Source: Candidatus Eiseniibacteriota bacterium
GTDB lineage: Bacteria; Eisenbacteria; RBG-16-71-46; CAVPCR01
Reading direction: 5' to 3'
DNA: 64,000 nucleotides
Assembly (NCBI GenBank): GCA_963823555.1
Contig: CAWGMA010000003.1
Span: 736,001-800,000 of the forward strand
In this document: positions 15,557-24,919 of the stretch, piece after piece
How positions within the stretch are numbered: the stretch's first letter is position 1
How the letters are laid out: each line of letters starts with the position of its first letter
Notes under the pieces: generated by a model
The model's database searches: none
Seen by the model: the letters and a program-made list of their open reading frames with translations, nothing else
What the model was told of the DNA's origin: nothing
Position numbers and translations under genes: made by a program

Positions 15557-18500
15557 GTGACGACCGGCGAGCGGATCGGCGCCTATCGCCTTCTCTCCGA
15601 GCTGGGCACGGGCGGGATGGGCAAGGTCTACCTGGCCGAGGTGGATCCGGAAGCCCCGGCCGCCGTCTCGGGCGCCGAGCTCACGCCGGGGACACGCGTT
15701 GCCCTCAAGGTGGTGCATCCGCACCTCCTCGCTTCTCCCGATTTTTTTCAGCGCTTCCTCCGCGAGGCAGAGATCGGCAAGGCGGTCAGCCACCCGAATG
15801 TGGTGCGCACCTATCTCGTCGATTCTCTCGAGCGAGAGGGAAACGAGCTCCACTACATGGTCATGGAGTACGTCGAGGGTCAGACCCTGCGCTCTCTCCT
15901 CGGCGAGCTCGGGCGCGTGCCGGAGCAGTTGTGCCGTCACATCGGACGCGAGGTCACCAAGGGGCTTTCCGCCATCCATGGCTCGGGTGTCGTGCATCGC
16001 GACTTGAAACCCGAGAACGTGCTCATCACGCGCGATGAAGTCGTGAAGGTCATGGACCTCGGTGTGGCCTTCCTCCAGGACCAGGCCATCCGGCTGTCGC
16101 AAACGGGCATGTTCGTGGGCTCGGTGCAGTACGCGGCCCCGGAACAGTTCGAGGGGACCGGGGCGGTGCTCGACGGCCGGGCTGATCTCTACGCCCTCGG
16201 GGTTGTCCTCTATGAACTCGCCACGAGCGAGCATCCGTTCGGGGACGTGAGCTTCCGGGTCCTGGTGAGCCGAGTGCTCAAGGAAAAGCCGCGGCGCATC
16301 GGAGAGCTCAACCCCCAGCTGTCGCCCTTCTTCGAGGAAGTGGTGCACAACCTGCTCGAGAAGGAGCGCGACAAGCGCTTCGAATCGGCAGGCGTGTTGC
16401 TCAAGGCGCTGGAGGATGCCGAGTCCAGCACCTGGTGGGGGGAGCGCGAGCGATTCATCCGCCTCGAGACCAAGAAACCGCTCCGCCGCATCCGCATCCC
16501 GCGCGACACCGCGCTCTATGGGCGCGACGGCGACCTCGCGCGACTACGTGATCTGTTCGACCACGCCAAGGGAGGGGAGGGGCAGGTGCTTCTTCTCGAT
16601 GGCGAGGCCGGCATCGGCAAGACCCGACTCGTCGATGAGCTCGTCGGCCAGCTCGAGCAGGCGGGCGAGGACGTGAACTTCCTCTTCGGCTCCTATCCGC
16701 CGGGAGGAGCGGCCACGGCCGCAGGGGCTTTCAGTGCCGCCTACCGCGAGCATCTCGGCGACGATGGTCTCGAGGAGACGCTGGGGTCCTACCTGGAGGT
16801 CACCCCTCTCCTGATCCCGGCCTTTGCCGCCCTCTTGCGTGGAGACGCGTTGGCGGCGGGCGCCGAGCCCTTGACCAAGGACTCGCTGCAAACCGTCTTC
16901 GTGCACACGACACGCGCGCTCGCCGCGGAGCGCCCGACGATCATCCTGATCGACGACCTGCACTTCGCGCCCGAGGAAGGACGCGCGCTGTTCGCGGCGC
17001 TCGCGCTTGCCGCGCCGGGCCATCGCGTGCTCCTGATCGGGACCATGCGGCCCGGGATGTCCGAGGAGTGGGTGGCGAATCTGGAGCGACTCGATCACAC
17101 GTCACGGATCGCTCTCAAGCGCCTCGGGGGCGAGGACCTGGGCCAGCTTCTCGCCGATGCCTTCCGCTCCGAGTCGCTGGCGCTGGATCTGGCCGACGAC
17201 ATCGCCACCAAGTCCGATGGCAATCCGTTCTTCATCTTCGAGATCATCCGTGGCTTGCGCGAAGGCAATTTCATCGCGCGCGAGGAGGACGGGACCTGGG
17301 TGCGCACGCAGATCATCCAGGAGATCGTCATCCCGTCGTCCGTCAGCGAGCTGGTGCAGGCGCGGATCTCCGGCCTGGAGGAAGAGGATCGGGATCTCCT
17401 CGAGGTCGCCTGCTGCCTCGGCTACGAGTTCGATCCCACCCTGGTGGCCGATGTCCTCGGCCTCGGTGTGGTGCCTGTGCTCAAGCGCTGCGGGCGAATC
17501 GAGAAGCGCGATCGCCTGATCCGGTCCGCGGGGCGTCGCTACGTGTTCGATCATCACCAGGTGCAGGAGGTGCTCTATGCGGGGCTCTTCGCGCAGCTCC
17601 GCGAGCAGTACCATGCCGGGCTCGCCGAGGCGCTCGAGACCCGCGAGAAGGCTGCCGCCAAGGACCCGCAGGTGCTCGAGGGAGCTCTGGCGGTTTCCCT
17701 GTGCGAGCACTTCTTGAAGGGACAGGCGGGCGAGCGGGCGCTGCGTTACCTCGATCCTGCTCTCGATCATCTCGAGCACAGCTACCTGAACGGTGCGGCC
17801 ATCGCCCTTGCCGATGCGGCCCTGGAGGTCGAGGGATTGCTTGCCGGTCCAGCGCGGATGAATGTGCTCGTGCGGAAGGCGCATCGCCTCGACTTCCTGG
17901 GCCGGCGCGAGGAAACCGGCAGTGCTCTTGCCGAGGCCCTCGCCCTTGCCGAGACGAGCGAGGATGCCGCGGTGCGATCGCGCGTGCGGCGGGCGCGCGG
18001 CTGGTACCTGATCCAGGTCGGTCGCTACGAAGAGGCGTGCACCGTGCTCGAGGAGGCGATCGCCCTGGCCCAGGGAGCAGGTTCGCCGGCCGAGGAAGGA
18101 CCCGCCACCGGCAATCTCGGCGTGGCCCTGCGCACGCTCGGGCGCCACGAGGAGGCGCGGGCCAAGCACGAGCGAAACCTCGAACTGGCGCGTCAGATCG
18201 GCGACCGGCGCGGCGAGGCCATCGCCAACGGCAACCTCGGGCTCGCGCTGCTCGATCTCGCCCGCCACGAGGAGGCGCTTGCCTGCTTCGAGCAGCATCT
18301 GGAGATCTCGCGTGAGATCGGCTTCCGCCAGGGGGAAGCCATCGCCACCGGCAATATGGGAACGCTCTTCGGGTCCACCCGCCGCTACGAAAAGGCGCGC
18401 GATTGCTTCGAGCGCGGCATCGCGCTCTCGCGCCAGATCGGCTTCCGGCAAGGGGAGGCCATTGCCAACGGCAACCTGGGGAATGTGTTCGCGGAGCTGG

Positions 18501-19246
18501 GCCGCTACGCCGAGGCTCGCACTCATCTCGAGCGGTTCCTGGTCCTGTCGCGGGAGATCGGTTTCAGGCGCGGGGAGGCCATCGCTCTCCTCGACCTGGG
18601 ACCCGCGCATGCTGTGCTCGGAGATGTCGAAGGAGCGCACCGGGCGCTGGTCGACTCGCAGCGGATCGCGGCCGACCTCGGGGTCCGCCACATGGTCGCC
18701 GCCGCGATTCACGGTCTGGGCGCCATCGCTGAGCAGAGGGGGGAGGTGGCCGAGGCGGAAGGTCGCTATCGGGAAGCGCTGGCCATCCGCCGGGAGATCG
18801 GAGACAGGAGCGGGACGGCCATCAGCCTGGTCGCGCTCGGCGGCCTGCTCGCGGGCAGCGGTCGGAGCGAGGAGGCGCGCGGGCTCATCGCGGAGGCTCT
18901 CGCTCTGGCCACCGAGACCGGCGATCCCAACGAGAAGGCGAGGGCGGCGATTCGCCTCGCGCTATTGCCGGGTGGGGATCCGGCCGCCGCGCTGGCGATC
19001 TTCACCGCGGAAGAGGCTCGCATGGCCTGCCATGAGCGCATGGAAGCCCGGTATCTGCTCTGGCTGGCGACCCGCGATGCCAGTCATCTTAACGCCGCCG
19101 TCAATCTGCTCGGTGAGATGCGCGACCGCGCCCCGGCTTCCGATCGTGAGGCGATGATCAAGAACGTTCCGCTTCACGGCGCCGTCCTCGCGGACTGGCG
19201 ATCGCACGGCGACGCCGCGACCCAGGTCAGCGGGCAGCCGCCGTAA
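15557..19246 (+). CDS. Ser/Thr protein kinase fused to a STAND/AAA ATPase and TPR repeats
   Basis: LGTGGMGKVY, VALK, HRDLKPEN, DLG and APE kinase motifs; GEAGIGKT Walker A, LIDDLH Walker B, GNPFF; repeated GEAIAxGNLG TPRs. Confidence 0.92.
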   Translation: MTTGERIGAYRLLSELGTGGMGKVYLAEVDPEAPAAVSGAELTPGTRVALKVVHPHLLASPDFFQRFLREAEIGKAVSHPNVVRTYLVDSLEREGNELHYMVMEYVEGQTLRSLLGELGRVPEQLCRHIGREVTKGLSAIHGSGVVHRDLKPENVLITRDEVVKVMDLGVAFLQDQAIRLSQTGMFVGSVQYAAPEQFEGTGAVLDGRADLYALGVVLYELATSEHPFGDVSFRVLVSRVLKEKPRRIGELNPQLSPFFEEVVHNLLEKERDKRFESAGVLLKALEDAESSTWWGERERFIRLETKKPLRRIRIPRDTALYGRDGDLARLRDLFDHAKGGEGQVLLLDGEAGIGKTRLVDELVGQLEQAGEDVNFLFGSYPPGGAATAAGAFSAAYREHLGDDGLEETLGSYLEVTPLLIPAFAALLRGDALAAGAEPLTKDSLQTVFVHTTRALAAERPTIILIDDLHFAPEEGRALFAALALAAPGHRVLLIGTMRPGMSEEWVANLERLDHTSRIALKRLGGEDLGQLLADAFRSESLALDLADDIATKSDGNPFFIFEIIRGLREGNFIAREEDGTWVRTQIIQEIVIPSSVSELVQARISGLEEEDRDLLEVACCLGYEFDPTLVADVLGLGVVPVLKRCGRIEKRDRLIRSAGRRYVFDHHQVQEVLYAGLFAQLREQYHAGLAEALETREKAAAKDPQVLEGALAVSLCEHFLKGQAGERALRYLDPALDHLEHSYLNGAAIALADAALEVEGLLAGPARMNVLVRKAHRLDFLGRREETGSALAEALALAETSEDAAVRSRVRRARGWYLIQVGRYEEACTVLEEAIALAQGAGSPAEEGPATGNLGVALRTLGRHEEARAKHERNLELARQIGDRRGEAIANGNLGLALLDLARHEEALACFEQHLEISREIGFRQGEAIATGNMGTLFGSTRRYEKARDCFERGIALSRQIGFRQGEAIANGNLGNVFAELGRYAEARTHLERFLVLSREIGFRRGEAIALLDLGPAHAVLGDVEGAHRALVDSQRIAADLGVRHMVAAAIHGLGAIAEQRGEVAEAEGRYREALAIRREIGDRSGTAISLVALGGLLAGSGRSEEARGLIAEALALATETGDPNEKARAAIRLALLPGGDPAAALAIFTAEEARMACHERMEARYLLWLATRDASHLNAAVNLLGEMRDRAPASDREAMIKNVPLHGAVLADWRSHGDAATQVSGQPP

Positions 19247-19270
19247 CTCCGGATCAGCCGCCCTTCGGAT

Positions 19271-19543
19271 TCAGGGGAGGTCGCAGTTCAGATCGGGATC
19301 CGCATCCTCGCTCCCGGGCATCGGGGTTCCGATCTGGCCGGCCGGTCGCGCACACCTGATTCCGATCTTCTCGCCGCCTTCCGAGTAGATGTAGTCCTCG
19401 AAGTACTCGCACCTTTCGTGCGCGTCGAGGCCGAACTTGCAGCCGTCGATGCTGCAATAGATCTCGAATTCGGGCTCATCCGATCGAAAGCCGTCGGGGG
19501 TCGATTCGGTCATGAGCTTGGTGCGCACCACGCGCCGGGTCAT
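19271..19543 (-). CDS. Small acidic Cys-rich hypothetical protein (90 aa)
   Basis: AAGGAG RBS 7 nt before ATG 19543; five Cys; sigma54-like promoter upstream. Confidence 0.7.
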   Translation of the reverse strand: MTRRVVRTKLMTESTPDGFRSDEPEFEIYCSIDGCKFGLDAHERCEYFEDYIYSEGGEKIGIRCARPAGQIGTPMPGSEDADPDLNCDLP

Positions 19544-19621
19544 GCTGTGACTCCTTGGCCGGGGAAGGGTCCTCGAGCGCTCCACGGGAGGGGAAAGGCG
19601 CCGGGATGGAACCGCTGACTT

Positions 19622-19637
19622 TGCATAGGTTGTGCCA
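19622..19637 (-). promoter_or_regulatory. Sigma54 (-24/-12) promoter
   Basis: Minus strand reads TGGCAC-AACCT-ATGCA, with correct GG-N10-GC spacing. Confidence 0.6.
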
Positions 19638-19874
19638 GAGGCGATAGCAAGCGTATCCCGTAACTCGATCCACGGCAACGGACAAGTGGACCGCCGGCGG
19701 CTTGGGGGGTGATCCCTCGCTTCGCGCCGCCACGCATCCGCCGGCCGGCGGAGTCTCCAGCGGCCAGGTCTCCCGTCCGCGGCCAGACCTGCTACTATCC
19801 CCCGGCATCCTCGATCGCACAGAACCGTGAAGCGGATTGAAGCGCCGTTCCCTTCTTGATGGAGGTTCATCGCG

Positions 19875-20072
19875 ATGAGGCCCATCTCCCGCCTGGCCGG
19901 TCTGATCGGCATGTTGCTGATTCTCTTGGCCGTTATCGGCCGTTTCTATCAGGAGCCGACGATCACTATCCTCGGCCATCGTTTCAAGGCGCTGTCCGTT
20001 CTGGTCATGGCCAACACCTTCCTGGTCGTTGCCATCTACTTCCATCTCCTGGGCTGGGTGAAGAACCGCTAG
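19875..20072 (+). CDS. Small two-TM membrane protein (65 aa)
   Basis: GGAGG RBS at 19861, two hydrophobic stretches, followed by a terminator hairpin. Confidence 0.65.
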   Translation: MRPISRLAGLIGMLLILLAVIGRFYQEPTITILGHRFKALSVLVMANTFLVVAIYFHLLGWVKNR

Positions 20073-20109
20073 TCGCCGCCTTTGGCGATTATCCAAGGCT
20101 AGACGCAGA

Positions 20110-20137
20110 AAGCCGCGCCGGTGGAGCGGCGCGGCTT
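20110..20137. terminator. Bidirectional intrinsic terminator between convergent genes
   Basis: 11-bp stem AAGCCGCGCCG/CGGCGCGGCTT with a 6-nt loop. Confidence 0.75.
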
Positions 20138-20168
20138 CTGGTTCGGGTGGCGTAAGGCGGCCGTTCGC

Positions 20169-20972
20169 TCAACGGTAGATGGACTTGATCGCGCCCCAGG
20201 TCTCGGACTCAACGGGGATCGTCGCATCGATGCGGACCAGATAGTCCTCGCTCTCCCCGTCCTCGAAGTCGCCCGACCCGTCCCATCCCGGACCCACCTG
20301 GCGCTCGGCGATCTCGAGCCGCATCCAGACATAATGCAGCGTATTGGGGCCGCCGATCAGGAATGGTGGCGAGGTCCAGAGCCCGGCGTAGCCGACTGGG
20401 ATCGGAAAATCGACGACAGCATGCTCCGGTGCGAGCGCGCCCGGACACTGCCAGGCTCCCGCCCAGGCGCCGTTCAGGTCCCAATCGCAGAGCACGTTGA
20501 TGAATCCGGTCACCGGCATGTTGTTGACGACATTGGCCTGGATCATGGCCATGTTGCAGGCTGGGCCCAGCGAGATCGGGGTCGTGACCTGCGGGCAGGG
20601 GACGACGTTGCCCCCGATGATGGTGAACGCCGTGGGCATGACGAGTCCGGCGTCGCCGTCGGCGAAGCACTCATCGAGGTCGTAGGGCGGCGGCGGGCAG
20701 GTGCCCGCGTTGCCGTCGAACTCAGGGTCCCAGGCGGGTTGGGGGCCGGCGCTCACGAAATGCGCCCAGCCCAGGCCGTGGCGGACGAAGGGGGCGGGCC
20801 CCGCCAGACAGGTCGGGAAGGTACCCATCTGTCCGGTCGATGGATAGGCGAGCGCATTCTCGGGAGCGTCGCCGTAATCCTTGTCCTGTGCGGCAGCGGG
20901 AGCGGAGAAGACGAATGCAGCAGCAATGACCAGGGCCAGTAGAGCAAGGCATGCGCAATCGATGCGGGTCAT
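20169..20972 (-). CDS. Secreted GEVED-domain protein with C-terminal VE-x-x-TWG-x-IK tail
   Basis: Signal peptide, DYGDAP, FINVLCDWDLNG and DGESEDY motifs; AAAGGAGG RBS; ends TIPVESETWGAIKSIYR. Confidence 0.85.
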   Translation of the reverse strand: MTRIDCACLALLALVIAAAFVFSAPAAAQDKDYGDAPENALAYPSTGQMGTFPTCLAGPAPFVRHGLGWAHFVSAGPQPAWDPEFDGNAGTCPPPPYDLDECFADGDAGLVMPTAFTIIGGNVVPCPQVTTPISLGPACNMAMIQANVVNNMPVTGFINVLCDWDLNGAWAGAWQCPGALAPEHAVVDFPIPVGYAGLWTSPPFLIGGPNTLHYVWMRLEIAERQVGPGWDGSGDFEDGESEDYLVRIDATIPVESETWGAIKSIYR

Positions 20973-21086
20973 GTGGATCCTCCTTTCCGAGAATGCCTTG
21001 CTCCAAGCCTAGGACGAGTGAGGATTCATACAATAGGGAAGAGAGAACTCGACGTTAACATTCTCATTGTAGATTCTGCGCTCGCA

Positions 21087-22064
21087 TCACCATGCATACG
21101 CCTCGGGGGCCTCGCCGCCGGGGCCGGGAAAGATGGCATCGAGACGAGACAGCTGTTCGGTGTCGAGGTGGATCTCGAGGGCGCGCACGGATCCGTCGAG
21201 CTGTTCTCGGGTTCGCGGCCCGATGATGGGTGCCGTGACCGCGGGGTTCCGGAGCAGCCAGGCCAGGGCCACATCGGCCGGGGTCTCACCCAGTTCGCGG
21301 CAGTAGGACTCGTAGGCCTCGATGCGTGAGCGGTGCTTCTCGATCGTCTCCGTCATGGGCTCCGCGGCCCGGCGTCCGCTCGTCGCGCGCTCGAGCACGC
21401 CGCCGAGCAGGCCGCCGGCAAGGGGGCTCCACGGGATCAGCCCCAGGCCGAAAGCGCGACATGACGGGATGACCTCGAGCTCGATCGTGCGAGCGTTCAG
21501 GTTGTAAAGGCTCTGCTCGGACACGAGCCCGAGGAAGTGTCGGCGTCCAGCCTCGCCCTGGGCTTGCGCGATCTGCCAGCCCGAGAAGTTGCTCGAGCCG
21601 ACGTAGAGCACCTTGCCCTGGGCGATGAGCACTTCCATGGCTTGCCATATCTCGTCCCAGGGCGTCGAGCGGTCGATGTGATGCATCTGGTAGAGGTCGA
21701 TGTGATCGGTGCGGAGCCGGCGCAGGCTCTCATCACACGCGCGGCGGATGTGGAGCGCCGACAGCAGGTTCTCGTTGGGCCAGTGGCCCATGCGACCATA
21801 GACCTTGGTGGCGAGGACGACGCGCTCACGCCGGTCGCCGCCCTGGGCGAACCAGCGCCCCACGATCTGCTCCGTGACTCCCTCTCCCAGCTTTCCGCCA
21901 TAGACGTTGGCGGTGTCGAAGAAGTTGATGCCGAGCTCGAGCGCTCGATCCATGATGGCGAAGCTCGAGCTCTCGCTGGTCTGCGGTCCGAAGTTCATCG
22001 TGCCCAGGCACAGCGGGCTCACCTTGAGGCCGCTCCGGCCGAGCCTGCGATAGTCCAGAGCCAT
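21087..22064 (-). CDS. Aldo/keto reductase
   Basis: LGRSGLKVSPLCLGTMNFG, FFDTANVYG, LATK, DHIDLYQMH, PWSPLAGG; GAGGAGGTG RBS. Confidence 0.95.
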   Translation of the reverse strand: MALDYRRLGRSGLKVSPLCLGTMNFGPQTSESSSFAIMDRALELGINFFDTANVYGGKLGEGVTEQIVGRWFAQGGDRRERVVLATKVYGRMGHWPNENLLSALHIRRACDESLRRLRTDHIDLYQMHHIDRSTPWDEIWQAMEVLIAQGKVLYVGSSNFSGWQIAQAQGEAGRRHFLGLVSEQSLYNLNARTIELEVIPSCRAFGLGLIPWSPLAGGLLGGVLERATSGRRAAEPMTETIEKHRSRIEAYESYCRELGETPADVALAWLLRNPAVTAPIIGPRTREQLDGSVRALEIHLDTEQLSRLDAIFPGPGGEAPEAYAW

Positions 22065-22246
22065 CCGATCCACCTCCTCGAGGGTCAACACGATCCGCCG
22101 CCCATCGTGCTCTCCAGCGGCAAAAACCCGGAGCGGCGGCAGGGTCCGGGGAGTCTAACAAAGCGCAGGCGGTGGGCCGGGGGGCGCGACCCGGACTCCA
22201 AGCCTCACGTGAGAGTGGCCAACGTCAGGGAAAGGAGCAGTCGATC

Positions 22247-22675
22247 ATGCCGTACGATCCGCGAATGGTGCAGCCCATGCGTGACGAGCTCACGAGCTTC
22301 GGTGTCAAGGAGCTCACAACGGCCGCCGAGGTTGATGCGTTCATGGCCGACAAGGCCGGGACGGCGCTCCTCGTCATCAACTCGGTGTGCGGGTGCGCGG
22401 CGGGATCGGCCCGGCCCGGCGTGCGTCGCGCGCTTGCCGACACGCGGCGGCCGGACCGCATCGCCACCGTCTTCGCGGGCCAGGATCTCGAGGCCACCGA
22501 GCGGGCGCGGAGCTATTTCCCCGACTTTCCGCCTTCGAGCCCGTCGTTCGTTCTCCTCAAGGACGGGGCTCCCGTGCACTACGTGCCGCGACGCATGATC
22601 GAGGGCCAGGATCCGGAGCGCGTGGGGCAGATCCTCGCCGCGGCCTTCGCCGCCGCGGACAGCCCGACCCCTTAG
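22247..22675 (+). CDS. BrxA/BrxB family bacilliredoxin
   Basis: VQPMRDEL, NSVCGCAAGSARPG (CGC), TVFAGQD and PSSPS motifs; AAGGAG RBS. Confidence 0.92.
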   Translation: MPYDPRMVQPMRDELTSFGVKELTTAAEVDAFMADKAGTALLVINSVCGCAAGSARPGVRRALADTRRPDRIATVFAGQDLEATERARSYFPDFPPSSPSFVLLKDGAPVHYVPRRMIEGQDPERVGQILAAAFAAADSPTP

Positions 22676-22695
22676 CACCAGGGGCTGGCGTGCCG

Positions 22696-24144
22696 TCAGA
22701 CCCGCCGGGCTCGGCGCTCCGCGGCGATCTCGCCCGCTGCGGTCACCACGGCCTCGAGTGTGCGGTCGAGATCGGCTTCGGTGGTGCGGAACGAGCCCAG
22801 GTTCACACGCAGCACCATGCGTTCGCGGAGCAGCGTCGTGGCGAACCAGGCCTCGCCCGAGGCCTCGACGCGGCGCTGGATCTGCCCGTTCATCTCATCC
22901 TGTTCCTCCGGCGTGAATCCGGATGGCACGAACCGGAAGCAGATGAGGCCCAGATCGGGCTCATGGCAGACCTCGAAACCGGGAAGTCGGCGCACGCGAT
23001 CGGCGAGATAACGAGTGAGCTCGACGTGCCGCTCGTTGGCCTGGGCGAGAACGTCGACGCCGTGAACGAGGAGTGTCCCCCACAGCGTGAACGCCTTGCC
23101 CCGGCGTGAACCCTGCAAGCCCTCGCGGTAGAAGTCGGGGAGCACATCGGTGCGATCGGCGGAGTCCTTGAGGTACGGGGGCTGCACTCCGAAGGACTCC
23201 TTGAGCCACTTGCGATCCCGCACCAGCACGCATCCCAGCTCGCTCGGCAAGAACATCCACTTGTGGGGATCGATGGTCACCGAGTCGGCGTGCTCGATGC
23301 CGGCAAGGCGCGGCCTGAGCTTCTCGGAGAGGATGGCGGCGCCGCCATAGGCGGCATCGACATGCAGGAAGACTCCCGCTTCGGCGGCGACGTCGGCAAT
23401 GGCCGCCAGGGGATCGATGCTCGCCGAGGGTGTGGTGCCGGCGGTGGCGACGATCGCGACCGGGAGCAGTCCTCGGGCGCGGTCGGCGCGCAGCCGCGCC
23501 GCGAGCTCCTCCGGCGGCATCCGGTAGTTCGCGTCGCTCGGTATCCGCACCAGCGCATTCCGTCCCAGGCCCAGCACGTCCACCGAGCGCTCGATCGAGA
23601 AATGACCCTGGTCCGACGCGTAGACGCGCGCCCGCCCGGCGAGCACCGCAGCACCGCCGTCGCGCACGCCCTCGGCGGTGCGGTCGCGCGCGAGCTTGAG
23701 CGCCGTCAGGTTGGCGGCCGTGCCGCCGTTCGTGAAGTGGCCATAGGCCGACTCCGCCGGAAAGCCGACCAGCGCCACCAGCCACCGGATGACGCGATCC
23801 TCGATCGCCGTGATGACCGGGCTCTGCTGGAACGATCCCGTGTTCTGATTGATCGTCGATACGACCAGATCGCAGAGGGCAGCGACGGGGATGACCGAGG
23901 GATTGAACAGCCCGAAGTAGCGCGGCGAGCCGATGGTCATCGTGTGCGGCAGGACCCGGGTTTCGAGCGCCTCGAGGAGCGCCTCGAAGCCACCTCCCTG
24001 GCGGGGGAGGGGCTCCGCAAACAGCGCCTTCAGCGCTTGCGGATCGGGAGCCGAGGAGACGGCGCGCTCGCCGATCGTACCCAGGTATCGGGCCAGGAGG
24101 GCGCTCAGGGCAGCCGCTGCGGCGGGGAACTCCTCGGGGCTCAT
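22696..24144 (-). CDS. Group II PLP-dependent decarboxylase (aromatic-L-amino-acid/DABA decarboxylase family)
   Basis: GGTAAN, HFSI, TAGTT, HVDAAYGG and DPHKW (PLP lysine). Start uncertain; the ATG at 24303 overlaps a TAGAAT -10-like box, so ATG 24144 is preferred. Confidence 0.88.
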   Translation of the reverse strand: MSPEEFPAAAAALSALLARYLGTIGERAVSSAPDPQALKALFAEPLPRQGGGFEALLEALETRVLPHTMTIGSPRYFGLFNPSVIPVAALCDLVVSTINQNTGSFQQSPVITAIEDRVIRWLVALVGFPAESAYGHFTNGGTAANLTALKLARDRTAEGVRDGGAAVLAGRARVYASDQGHFSIERSVDVLGLGRNALVRIPSDANYRMPPEELAARLRADRARGLLPVAIVATAGTTPSASIDPLAAIADVAAEAGVFLHVDAAYGGAAILSEKLRPRLAGIEHADSVTIDPHKWMFLPSELGCVLVRDRKWLKESFGVQPPYLKDSADRTDVLPDFYREGLQGSRRGKAFTLWGTLLVHGVDVLAQANERHVELTRYLADRVRRLPGFEVCHEPDLGLICFRFVPSGFTPEEQDEMNGQIQRRVEASGEAWFATTLLRERMVLRVNLGSFRTTEADLDRTLEAVVTAAGEIAAERRARRV

Positions 24145-24407
24145 GTCGAGCGGGGAGGGGCCCGGAGCCGGTGCTGTGGACCTTCCGGAGTGCGGCGAAC
24201 GGCCAAGGGTCGGGCTGGGATCTGTGGGTGGCACCGGGTTTCTCGATCCTGCCAGGAAGGGGTCCAGGGGTACATCGCCGGATCTGGACGAGACAGGGAG
24301 CATTCTACGCCACTTCGGTAAGAAGAAGCAGGGGGGTGAGGAACCTCCCGCCGGGAGCGCCTACTCCTTTGTGTGCCACGCCTGGGCGGGGAGGGCGGGG
24401 CCGAGGC

Positions 24408-24465
24408 AAAGAAAGAGAGCGCAACGGGACACTGCCAGCCGATACCTTGCGCCCGTCGCGCTCTC
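24408..24465 (-). terminator. Terminator-like hairpin with U-tract in the intergenic region
   Basis: Minus strand GAGAGCGCGACGGG/CCCGTTGCGCTCTC (14 bp including one G-U), followed by TTTCTTT. Confidence 0.6.
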
Positions 24466-24603
24466 CTGACGGTTGCTCGATGCTCTTGCTCGAGGATGTG
24501 TTTCAGCAACCGTCGTCATGCGCAGGATGACATGCCTTCGTCGTCATCATGTGACGACTTGATGAAGATCCGACGATTTCCCCGCGGGATCTCTGGTCCG
24601 GTC

Positions 24604-24647
24604 ATTCGCCCGGCACTCACATCCGCTTCACCGATTCTTCGTGGAAC
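24604..24647 (+). promoter_or_regulatory. Candidate PhoB/OmpR-type direct-repeat box
   Basis: TTCGC (24605), CTCAC (24616), TTCAC (24627) and TTCGT (24638) at an exact 11-bp period. Confidence 0.4.
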
Positions 24648-24919
24648 CTGATTCCAACGCTTGCGCTCCGGCTGGCCAGCGGTTGCTAGCGTGGCTGGCG
24701 ATGGGAGATCGACACGGCGACCTCGCTCGCGAGCGGGCAGGTCGGTCTCAGGGCCGCGCGATATGCCATGAAGATCACCCGGCCTTGACCAGTCCGTGAC
24801 GCGCATTTCCGACCATTCCTCCATTACGAGTACGAGCACGAGTTCAGACCGGACCGATCGCCCCGCCGGCGCAGCTTAGGGCTCGCGTCGCGCGCTGGCG
24901 ATCAGAAGACGAGGAGAGC

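Noticed and set aside
18100..18600. Repeated GGCGAGGCCATCGCCAACGGCAACCT-like DNA at ~120-bp spacing
   Set aside because: Explained by tandem 40-aa TPR-like repeats in the kinase.
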